A stretch of DNA of 44,277 nt from NCBI GenBank assembly GCA_040003205.1, contig JBDUDA010000001.1, positions 1-44,277 of the forward strand, read 5' to 3'. The DNA is from Acidobacteriaceae bacterium (GTDB lineage: Bacteria > Acidobacteriota > Terriglobia > Terriglobales > Acidobacteriaceae). The position numbers were made by a program, and so were the translations under genes. The notes under the pieces were generated by a model. The model saw only the letters and a program-made list of their open reading frames with translations. It had not been told where the DNA came from and did not search any database. Positions 34,195 to 44,277 of the stretch are shown one piece after another; the first letter of the stretch is position 1, and each line of letters begins with the position of its first letter.

Positions 34195-35358
34195 TTACTT
34201 GGCTTCAGAAACCGGTGTCGCTCCGAATTCTCGTCGCCCCGCGACCGGACGAGCGGTTCTCGCCACTAGCGTGGGCGCTGGCGCCGCAGCCCCGTAGCGT
34301 TCCATCAGCATGGGAACCATCGCGCCTTCGGCTTCTTTCACAAAAGTGATGCGGCCCTCGGGACTCATGTCCACCTTGATGAAGTCGCCGAGCCTGACCT
34401 GTCCGGTCGCCACCAGACTGGCAAGAGGAAACACCAGGTTTCTTTCGATGGAACGCTTCAAGTGTCTGGCGCCGTACTTGGGATCGGTGCCCTCATGCAG
34501 AAGGAAGTTCTTAACATTCGTCGTACATGAGAAAACAAACTGGTTGGCGGGCGATGCGCTCAAAACGCGCTGCTGGACCATTCCCAGCTCGATTTCCAGG
34601 ATTTGCTGCAAGTGTTCTGGACGAAGTGTCTGGAATACGACGACTTTATCAATCCGGTTCATGAACTCAGGCGTAAATTTGCGCTTGGCTGCATCCACGG
34701 CCGTGCGGTTGATCTTGTCGTCGAGGATGGCATCCACCGCCTGTGGTTTAGGCGCAAATCCCAGACCGCCATCCACTAAGTTGCTCATCTCGCTGGCGCC
34801 AAGATTCGAAGTCATGATAATGATGCACTGCGAAAGGTCAACCCGGCGATTGTCTCCAAGGGTCAGGGTGGCCTTATCGAGGATGCCCAGCAAGAGCTGC
34901 CAGAGGGCGTCCGAGGCCTTCTCGATTTCGTCAAATAGAAGAATCGAAAGTTTCAGCTTGTCCGTATGCCACTGATTCAAAGCTTCCTGCGTGAGCAGAG
35001 GATGAGTTTCGCGGTGTCCGAGGTAGCCGGGAGGCGACCCAATCAGCTTGGCGATCTCGTGGGAGTGCTGGAATTCAGCGCAGTCAATTTTTATGCAAGC
35101 GCGAGCGTCGCCGAACAATGATTCGGCGAGGGCTTCCACCACCCGGGTTTTGCCCGAGCCGGTAGGTCCCAGGAAAAGAAGATTGCCAACCGGACGAGAA
35201 GGCGGGTTCAGACCCGCGAGAAACATCTGGTAGATTTCCGCCACTTTTTCGATCGCGGCATCCTGCCCAACAATCTTTCGACTGAGGGCGCCTTCAAACT
35301 CTCGGGCATCGCTGCTGCGGCGGGTCGGGTCAAGTACGGTATTCGTTACGGTTTTCAT
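34195..35358 (-). CDS. stand-alone single-ring AAA+ ATPase of the ClpA/ClpB D2 lineage
   Basis: 387 aa from ATG 35358 (GAGGGGG lies upstream). It contains a D2-type entry motif KIVGQDAAIEKV, Walker A GPTGSGKT, Walker B LLFDEIEKA, sensor-1 IIMTSNLG, GSPPGYLG, and a ClpB_D2-small-like region (FTPEFMNRIDKVVVF..L). There is no N-domain, D1 or M-domain. Confidence 0.85.
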   Translation of the reverse strand: MKTVTNTVLDPTRRSSDAREFEGALSRKIVGQDAAIEKVAEIYQMFLAGLNPPSRPVGNLLFLGPTGSGKTRVVEALAESLFGDARACIKIDCAEFQHSHEIAKLIGSPPGYLGHRETHPLLTQEALNQWHTDKLKLSILLFDEIEKASDALWQLLLGILDKATLTLGDNRRVDLSQCIIIMTSNLGASEMSNLVDGGLGFAPKPQAVDAILDDKINRTAVDAAKRKFTPEFMNRIDKVVVFQTLRPEHLQQILEIELGMVQQRVLSASPANQFVFSCTTNVKNFLLHEGTDPKYGARHLKRSIERNLVFPLASLVATGQVRLGDFIKVDMSPEGRITFVKEAEGAMVPMLMERYGAAAPAPTLVARTARPVAGRREFGATPVSEAK

Positions 35359-35735
35359 AGGGTCTGGCCCCCTCAATTTCCGTTCGTTTGGGCCTTTATT
35401 CCGTTTCTGTCAGATCGTTTTGCTCACTCGCAAACTGGCTCTCGATGTCACCAGCCCTCGCTTGCCATTCGCATAGTCCATGTGCAAATCAGTCGCCATT
35501 TCCCGTACCGCCCCGATTCTTAATCCCTGCAACGTTTAGATGCGACCACCTTGCTGTTCGAGACACTTACATCGCCTTGGAACATCGTGTAAAGGGAAAG
35601 AGTTTGCGCACGCGAGCGCATTATGTGCCTCGACTATAATTTGGATGTCTGCCATCTAATTCCTCAACCGCGCAACCGGCCCAAGACCTTGGCCGGACGT
35701 AACTGGCGGAGCGCTTGTGCAGCGTTTAGCATGCG

Positions 35736-37244
35736 TTGAAAAGCGGTCCACGGAGAAACATCTTGCGTCGTCTTCAACCTGCGTACGTCGTCACCGTCGT
35801 TTCTTTCATCCTGGTTATAGTTTTCGCGCTGTGCTTTGCCCACACTTCGCTGCCAGTAGCGCAGGCCGCACAAGCCGCCGCGCAACCGCAACCGGTCAAA
35901 GCGGACGCATCGATTCCCCCGAGGGCGAAGCCGGCTGACTTGGTTTTGCCTACTGTAACTCCCGCGCTAAACGGAAGCTCGCTGTACGTGGCCAAGCGTG
36001 GAGACACCATCGCCTCGGTTGCGCACCATTTCGTTCCCCAGACGTCGTACCTGACGACGGTAGAACTAGCAGCGGCGATCCGCAAGTCAAATGGCGATCC
36101 GCAGTCTAATTTTTTGAAGGCCAGCCAGCAAGTCGTAATTCCTGGGATGCTGGACGCTCCAATTGTCGAAAAGCCGGTTCCCGTGGGCCGGGATTTCGAA
36201 GTCCGCGCTGTGTATTTGACCGGACTGATGGCAGGGAGCGATCGTGGACTGAAAATTATTCGTCGCTGGAGAGAATTGGGCGGCAACGCCGTGGTCTTTG
36301 ATATCAAGGATAGCGACGGCAGCATTAACATTCCCTTCGACCATGCGCTCGCCGGAGGCCACCACGTGACCCTGCGCGATCTGCCGAAGTTTACCCGATT
36401 TTTGCACTCCCAGAACATGCATGCGATCGCTCGAGTCGCGATTTTCCGCGATGAACGGCTGGTGGTAGCGCATCCCGAGCTGGCAGTGCAATCGCGAAAG
36501 AATGCCACCACATGGCGGGAGAACGGCAAGCTGGTCTGGGCCGACCCCTCTCAGCCCAAGGTACAGGAATACAACATCGCTCTGGCGAAGAAGGCTGCCG
36601 CGGCCGGAGCGGACGAGATTCAGTTTGACTACGTGCGATTTCCCGCGGAAGGCGACCAGAAAGACGCAAGTTTCTATTTCCAGAAAGAGCATCCGGACTG
36701 GCATCGCTCCGATGTGATTGCGGACTTTCTGAAGCATGCCTACGCTGAGTTACATCCGACCGGCGTTCTGTTGTCTCTAGACGTCTTCGGTATCATGGCC
36801 TGGCAGCGCTCTGTCGACCTGGCGCATACTGGACAGGACATCGTGCAGATGGCGAAGTATTGCGATGTGCTCTCACCCATGATTTATCCCTCGCACTTCT
36901 TTGGCATGGATGGAATCGCGCGTCCCGGTGACGCCCCGGAGCATTTCATCGGCGAATCCATGGAACGCTTCGAGAAAATCACGCAGGGCAGCGGGGTTGT
37001 GATTCGTCCCTGGCTGCAAGCTTTTGCCTGGCGGACGAAGACCTATTCGCCAAAGTACATAGAAGTTCAGGTGCTGGCCTCAAAAGAAAAGGGCGGGATC
37101 GGATTTCTGCTCTGGAATGCGAACAATAATTACAGCAAGCCCTACGCCGCCATGCCCGAGATGCTGGCGGGCAAGGGACGGTATGTGCGTGGAGATGAGA
37201 TACCGGTGGCGGCTACCGCAAAGCCAGTGATCGCGATTCGCTGA
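35736..37244 (+). CDS. membrane-anchored LysM protein with glycoside-hydrolase-like TIM-barrel (DUF4015-like) domain
   Basis: N-terminal TM segment YVVTVVSFILVIVFALCFA and LysM domain YVAKRGDTIASVAHHF. The C-terminal region resembles putative GH-like DUF4015 proteins (RAVYLTG...NAVVFDIKDSDGSINIP...EIQFDYVRFP). TTG start, and the exact start is uncertain. Confidence 0.7.
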   Translation: MKSGPRRNILRRLQPAYVVTVVSFILVIVFALCFAHTSLPVAQAAQAAAQPQPVKADASIPPRAKPADLVLPTVTPALNGSSLYVAKRGDTIASVAHHFVPQTSYLTTVELAAAIRKSNGDPQSNFLKASQQVVIPGMLDAPIVEKPVPVGRDFEVRAVYLTGLMAGSDRGLKIIRRWRELGGNAVVFDIKDSDGSINIPFDHALAGGHHVTLRDLPKFTRFLHSQNMHAIARVAIFRDERLVVAHPELAVQSRKNATTWRENGKLVWADPSQPKVQEYNIALAKKAAAAGADEIQFDYVRFPAEGDQKDASFYFQKEHPDWHRSDVIADFLKHAYAELHPTGVLLSLDVFGIMAWQRSVDLAHTGQDIVQMAKYCDVLSPMIYPSHFFGMDGIARPGDAPEHFIGESMERFEKITQGSGVVIRPWLQAFAWRTKTYSPKYIEVQVLASKEKGGIGFLLWNANNNYSKPYAAMPEMLAGKGRYVRGDEIPVAATAKPVIAIR

Positions 37245-37266
37245 GCCCATTTCTGTCGTAGGGCGA

Positions 37267-37328
37267 ATAGGGATCTTTCGAATCGCAATGGTCTTCGTCC
37301 CGAAGACCATCTCTCCCTCAAGATGACA
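37267..37328 (-). repeat. TGTCAT...CCCTAT element, long form, reverse
   Basis: atagggatctttcgaatcgcaatggtcttcgtcccgaagaccatctctccctcaagatgaca. Closing boxes are ATCTT/AAGAT. Confidence 0.85.
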
Positions 37329-37340
37329 ATGGTCTTTAAG

Positions 37341-37380
37341 GTAGGGATGGGCTTATGAAGGTAAGGGATGGGCTCATGGC
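37341..37380 (+). repeat. 20-nt tandem duplication
   Basis: gtagggatgggcttatgaag is followed directly by gtaagggatgggctcatggc. Both contain an AGGGATG end-module-like core. Confidence 0.7.
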
Positions 37381-37400
37381 TTCGCAACTCTCAACCCAAT

Positions 37401-37461
37401 TGTCATGTTGAGCGGATTACGCTTTCGCGTGCGAAAGCGTAAGAAGTCGAAACATCCCTAT
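37401..37461 (+). repeat. TGTCAT...CCCTAT element, long form, forward
   Basis: tgtcatgttgagcggattacgctttcgcgtgcgaaagcgtaagaagtcgaaacatccctat. Confidence 0.85.
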
Positions 37462-37571
37462 GACCGCGGCAAATGTGTGTGCCTGCGTTAAGTTTCCGTA
37501 ATACCGCACGTGAAGCATGGGTCTTTCGCCTCCCCAGCCCTCGTCGGATATAATTTCCTCAAGGAGTTCTC

Positions 37572-38516
37572 ATGGCGCTGCAAAAAACCGACAAAATCTG
37601 GCACAACGGAAAGCTGATTCGCTGGGACGACGCGACCATCCACGTTATGTCACACGTGGTGCATTACGGATCGTCGGTGTTTGAAGGCGTCCGCTGCTAC
37701 AAGCTGCCGACCGGCCCGGCTATCTTCCGCGCCCAAGAGCACGCTCAACGCCTGCTCGATTCCGCCAAGGTTTATCGCATGGATATGGAATACAGCCGCG
37801 AAGAGATCGTGGCCGCCATGGTCGAACTCATCCAGAGTAATGGCATGTCGCCGTGCTACGTGCGTCCGATTGTGCTACGCGGTTACGGAGAAGCCGGGGT
37901 AAATCCTCTCGGCGGTCCGATCGAGGTTTACATCATCAATTATCCCTGGGGAAAATATCTCGGCACCGGAAACGAGGGCGTGGACGTCTGCGTATCTTCG
38001 TGGACCCGGCTCGCTCCGAACACTCTGCCTGCGATGGCCAAGGCAGGCGCGAATTACATGAATTCGCAACTCATCAAGATGGAAGCCATCATCAACGGAT
38101 ACGTCGAAGGCATCGCTCTCGACGCTAATGGATACGTCAGCGAAGGTTCTGGCGAAAACGTTTTCGTGGTGCGCAATGGCGTGCTGCAAACGGCGCCGCT
38201 GGGAAATTCTGTGCTTCCGGGCATCACCCGGGACTCAGTATTGAAACTCGCTCACGAGCTGAAGATTCCGGTCGCTGAACACGGCATTCCGCGCGAGATG
38301 CTCTACATCGCGGACGAAGTTTTCTTTACAGGTACGGCGGCGGAGATTACTCCAATTCGCTCAGTGGATAAAATCAGCGTCGGCAAAGGCGATGTTGGAC
38401 CCATCACCAAGGCGCTGCAAAAAGAGTTTTATGCTATCGTGCACGGAGAAAAAGCCGACCGCTTTAACTGGCTCACGCCCGTGCCCGTCAGCAGCAAGCA
38501 GCCCGTCGGAGTTTAG
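37572..38516 (+). CDS. ilvE: branched-chain amino acid aminotransferase
   Basis: 314 aa. Contains HVMSHVVHYGSSVFEGVRCY, EGSGENVFVV and LPGITRDSV, typical of class IV IlvE. Confidence 0.93.
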   Translation: MALQKTDKIWHNGKLIRWDDATIHVMSHVVHYGSSVFEGVRCYKLPTGPAIFRAQEHAQRLLDSAKVYRMDMEYSREEIVAAMVELIQSNGMSPCYVRPIVLRGYGEAGVNPLGGPIEVYIINYPWGKYLGTGNEGVDVCVSSWTRLAPNTLPAMAKAGANYMNSQLIKMEAIINGYVEGIALDANGYVSEGSGENVFVVRNGVLQTAPLGNSVLPGITRDSVLKLAHELKIPVAEHGIPREMLYIADEVFFTGTAAEITPIRSVDKISVGKGDVGPITKALQKEFYAIVHGEKADRFNWLTPVPVSSKQPVGV

Positions 38517-38530
38517 GAATTAGTCCGCTG

Positions 38531-38592
38531 ATAGGGATGCTTCGACTCCTTCACCGTTCACCATGTGAACGGTTCTCTCGCTCAGCATGACA
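38531..38592 (-). repeat. TGTCAT...CCCTAT element, long form, reverse
   Basis: atagggatgcttcgactccttcaccgttcaccatgtgaacggttctctcgctcagcatgaca. The inner hairpin is accgttcac/gtgaacggt. Confidence 0.85.
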
Positions 38593-38605
38593 AAATTAAA
38601 AACGA

Positions 38606-38667
38606 GTCATCCTGAGCGAAAAGAATCATTCGCTCGCGAATGATTCTTGCAGTCGAAGGACCCCTAT
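38606..38667 (+). repeat. TGTCAT...CCCTAT element, long form, forward
   Basis: gtcatcctgagcgaaaagaatcattcgctcgcgaatgattcttgcagtcgaaggacccctat. It matches 40136-40197 at 60 of 62 positions. Confidence 0.9.
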
Positions 38668-38721
38668 AGCCGTCAGAATGCCAGCTACAGGGCTAGCCCT
38701 TAGGCGACAGAGGGCCGTAAC

Positions 38722-38753
38722 AGCAGGCCCCCTCGACAGCGCTCGGGATAACA
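38722..38753 (-). repeat. degenerate short-form element (CTGCT-tail variant), reverse
   Basis: agcaggccccctcgacagcgctcgggataaca. Confidence 0.6.
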
Positions 38754-38888
38754 ACAATCCTAGATAGATTGCCGCCATCACAGGCCTTCCAATCGCCCGT
38801 TCTCCCTCTGTCCTACCGCCGTTACTTAGGTCATCTTGGGCATAGTCACTTTTGGGTTCATGATATTCAGGAGCCTTGGAAAGCCTTC

Positions 38889-40010
38889 ATGAATATTGAT
38901 GACCTTTTGCGAATTGCGATGGAGCGCCGCGCCTCCGACTTGCACCTCAAAGTCGGCAACTATCCTCATCTCCGTATTGATGGCGAACTTTTCCCTCTCA
39001 CGGATCAACCTCGCGTCAGCGCCGAAGATATGCTGACCATGGCGTTCAGCATGATGTCGTCGCGTCAGAAGCAGAAGTTCAAAGAGACTACCGAAATTGA
39101 TATGGCATACGGCGTGGCCGGACTCGGCCGCTTCCGTGTGAACGTATTTCAGCAACGCGGCAATGTGGGATTGGTTCTGCGTATGATTCCCACCAAAATT
39201 CGCGCGCTGGACGAACTCTTTCTGCCGAAAATTGTGGAACAGATTTGCGATATGCCCCGCGGCTTAATTCTCGTCACCGGAGTTACGGGATCGGGCAAAT
39301 CCACCACGCTCGCGGCCATGATTGATCGCATCAATTCCAGCCGCGCCGAGCACATTATCACCATTGAAGATCCTATCGAATTTCTGCACCGCGATAAAAA
39401 AGGCTACGTAAATCAGCGCGAGATTGAAGTGGACACTCCCACGTTTTCATCGGCGCTGCGAGCTTCTTTGCGTCAGGATCCGGACGTAATTCTTGTCGGC
39501 GAAATGCGCGATATCGAAACCATCGGCACCGCGCTTCACGCCGCCGAAACTGGACACATGGTTTTCTCCACGCTGCATACCTTGGACGCGGTCGAAACCG
39601 TGAACCGTATCATCTCGGTATTTCCGCCGCCGGAGCAGAAGCAGATTCGTTTGCAACTTGCCGCCGTGCTGCGCGCCGTCGTCAGCCAGCGCCTGGTAAA
39701 GCGCTGCGATGGTGACGGACGAGTGCCCGCGGTCGAAGTCATGATCAACACCGCATACATTCGCGAGTGCATCTTAGTTCCAGAAAAAACTCGCTCGGTG
39801 CGCGAAGCAATTTCGGCTGGTACTTCGCAATACGGCATGCAGACCTTCGATCAATCGTTATGGGATTTATTCCAATCCAACTTGATTGATTATTCGACTG
39901 CTCTCGAAAACGCCTCCAATGCGGACGACTTCAAGTTGCGCATGCAGGGTATTTCGTCCAGCAGCGACGGCTCGCGAAATTCGATGCAAACGGCGGGATT
40001 CGGAAACTGA
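38889..40010 (+). CDS. pilT: type IV pilus retraction ATPase, PilT family
   Basis: From ATG 38889 the sequence begins MNIDDLLRIAMERRASDLHL. Walker A GVTGSGKSTT, Asp box, Walker B ILVGEMRD and His box GHMVFSTLHT are present. The track ORF extends 120 nt upstream into repeat-rich DNA. Confidence 0.88.
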   Translation: MNIDDLLRIAMERRASDLHLKVGNYPHLRIDGELFPLTDQPRVSAEDMLTMAFSMMSSRQKQKFKETTEIDMAYGVAGLGRFRVNVFQQRGNVGLVLRMIPTKIRALDELFLPKIVEQICDMPRGLILVTGVTGSGKSTTLAAMIDRINSSRAEHIITIEDPIEFLHRDKKGYVNQREIEVDTPTFSSALRASLRQDPDVILVGEMRDIETIGTALHAAETGHMVFSTLHTLDAVETVNRIISVFPPPEQKQIRLQLAAVLRAVVSQRLVKRCDGDGRVPAVEVMINTAYIRECILVPEKTRSVREAISAGTSQYGMQTFDQSLWDLFQSNLIDYSTALENASNADDFKLRMQGISSSSDGSRNSMQTAGFGN

Positions 40011-40022
40011 TTCGGCGTGGGA

Positions 40023-40081
40023 ATAGGGATGTTTCGACTCTCTAAGCTTTCGCCAGCGAAAGCTCAGCGCTCAACATGACA
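40023..40081 (-). repeat. TGTCAT...CCCTAT element, long form, reverse
   Basis: atagggatgtttcgactctctaagctttcgccagcgaaagctcagcgctcaacatgaca. Confidence 0.85.
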
Positions 40082-40135
40082 TGGGCTGTTGTGTGGGTAA
40101 TTGGCTGCTCTCTTCCCCTCAACCGTAATCTCGGA

Positions 40136-40197
40136 GTCATCCTGAGCGAAAAGAATCATTCGCTGGCGAATGATTCTTGTAGTCGAAGGACCCCTAT
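40136..40197 (+). repeat. TGTCAT...CCCTAT element, long form, forward
   Basis: gtcatcctgagcgaaaagaatcattcgctggcgaatgattcttgtagtcgaaggacccctat. Confidence 0.9.
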
Positions 40198-40314
40198 AGC
40201 CTCCCGTGCTGCGAGCCTCCACGGCTTTCTTCCGCGAATTCCATCCAATGATCGTCCTCAGCAATAATCATCGTCACAAGCTTTTCCCTCGCTATTGCGG
40301 TAACGTTATCCCGT

Positions 40315-40854
40315 ATGCCGTTTTCGCGTCCGCGCAAAACAGGGTCTGAAAACGAACTTTACGACTACGCCATCGGCGCTCTCGGACGCCGCATGCGCTC
40401 AGTCGCCGAACTCAAACGTCTGCTGCGTCCGCGTGTAGATGCGGACACCGAATACGGACAGACGTTAGTCGAACTCGTAATCCGCCGCCTAAAAGACAAT
40501 GGATACCTGAACGACGCCAAGTACGCAGCCGCGTATTCGTCTTTCCGCCGCGACAACGAAAAGTTTGGACGCATGCGCGTCATTACGGATTTGAAAGTGA
40601 AGGGGGTGCACGGAGAAGTCATAGAAACTGCCGTGAACTCTGTCTATGAAGACGTCAGCGACGAAAAACTGGCGCGCGATTATCTCCGCCGCAAGCGTCT
40701 GGTGAAACCGCAAGACCGCAAACAAAGTGCGCGCATCTTTCGCCAGCTCACGCGCGCAGGATTCACTTCGAAAACCATCTTCGCCATTTTGAAGAAATGG
40801 GATGTGGACGACGAAACCTTGGCCGCGCTCGAAGAAGCCTCCGAAACCGGATAG
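40315..40854 (+). CDS. recX: RecX family regulatory protein
   Basis: 179 aa made of three-helix repeats (YAIGALGRRMRSVAELKRLL..., LKDNGYLNDAKYAAAY...). It sits in the classic position directly upstream of alaS. Confidence 0.8.
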   Translation: MPFSRPRKTGSENELYDYAIGALGRRMRSVAELKRLLRPRVDADTEYGQTLVELVIRRLKDNGYLNDAKYAAAYSSFRRDNEKFGRMRVITDLKVKGVHGEVIETAVNSVYEDVSDEKLARDYLRRKRLVKPQDRKQSARIFRQLTRAGFTSKTIFAILKKWDVDDETLAALEEASETG

Positions 40855-40872
40855 AATAATCCCTTCCTTGCT

Positions 40873-43818
<2,946 letters not shown>

Positions 43819-43854
43819 ACGTTTGCCGCCCGGCCGCCTCGGCCTGGTGATCAC

Positions 43855-44217
43855 ATGGCGGGAAGCATTCAGTCAGTTTCACATCGGGGAAAAGACATTG
43901 TGCTGGTGGATTGCAGCCGCTGCACGTCAGCCGAAATGCTGCCACTGCTTGATCAGGTGCAGAGTGAAGTAGCAAGCCATCCGAAAAATTCTGTTCTGAT
44001 CCTCGCTGATTTCTGCGACGCTGAGTTTGATAAAGAAGTGGCAACGCAAATGAAGAAAGTGCTGGCGCTGGACCGTCCATTCGTGAAGCGCGCGGCGTGG
44101 GTGGGTGCGGATAAAATCCCCAAAGTTTACATCGATAATTTCAAAACTTTCTCGCAGCGCAAATTTCCGACCTTCGCCACCCGCGAAGAAGCGATGAACT
44201 GGCTGGTCAGCGAATAA
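43855..44217 (+). CDS. STAS/SpoIIAA-like (DUF3478-like) small protein
   Basis: 120 aa. Its size and pattern (..ILADFCDAEFDKEV...AAWVGADKIPKVYIDNF...FATREEAMNWL) resemble SpoIIAA-like stand-alone STAS proteins. This assignment is tentative. Confidence 0.5.
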   Translation: MAGSIQSVSHRGKDIVLVDCSRCTSAEMLPLLDQVQSEVASHPKNSVLILADFCDAEFDKEVATQMKKVLALDRPFVKRAAWVGADKIPKVYIDNFKTFSQRKFPTFATREEAMNWLVSE

Positions 44218-44277
44218 AGCGGCGGAACTGCTCTTTGAAGAGGATCGGATTGAAGATTCTCCGTGGAAGATCGGCCA

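Noticed and set aside
35388-35639. An 83-aa ORF in the divergent region between the AAA+ gene and the LysM/GH-like gene.
   Set aside because: It has no RBS, odd composition (Cys/Ser/Pro-rich) and no similarity to anything I recognise. The region is more plausibly promoter or 5' UTR DNA.
40011-40872. Absence of recA upstream of recX-alaS as a possible rearrangement or island boundary.
   Set aside because: recX-alaS linkage without adjacent recA is common. The junction is explained by repeat-element-filled intergenic DNA, and there are no integrase, tRNA or direct-repeat island signatures.

Overview
This is a chromosomal, housekeeping-rich segment. It most likely comes from an Acidobacteriota (Terriglobia-like) genome, inferred from a ~1200-aa CarboxypepD_reg-type TonB-dependent receptor, three 'acidobacterial' VWA-domain paralogues and the overall gene content. 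I support about 35 protein genes: rfbD, an SSS transporter, a phospholipase-C-family lipoprotein, a TonB-dependent receptor, an M48 peptidase, an OM beta-barrel protein, a PNPOx-like protein, qor, an MltD-like LysM transglycosylase, an H1-like basic protein and a CPA2 antiporter. The list continues with infC-rpmI-rplT-pheS-pheT, a class-I aminotransferase, zapB-like/zapA, lgt, rluD, three VWA proteins, mglA, a single-ring Clp-type AAA+, a LysM/GH-like protein, ilvE, pilT, recX, alaS and a STAS-like protein. I see no rRNA, tRNA, CRISPR array, transposase, integrase or recognisable defence gene, and the many long antisense or out-of-frame ORFs in the track are shadow ORFs of a GC-rich genome. 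Four things are not explained by ordinary annotation. (1) A superfamily of 30-65 nt structured palindromic elements (TGTCAT...CCCTAT) occupies 11 intergenic regions with at least 22 copies, and its closing helix shows compensatory covariation. (2) alaS carries three in-frame palindromic insertions, one of them exactly 120 nt (40 codons) with 29-nt terminal inverted repeats. (3) A structured 445-nt gap lies downstream of zapA, where a 6S RNA would be expected by synteny. (4) The neighbourhood at 29-37 kb combines three secreted VWA paralogues, an mglA with no mglB, a micro coiled-coil ORF, a stand-alone ClpA/B-D2-type AAA+ with a ClpP-docking-like LGF loop, and a LysM-anchored GH-like protein. 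All coordinates for repeats and hairpins were derived by eye and may be off by a few bases.
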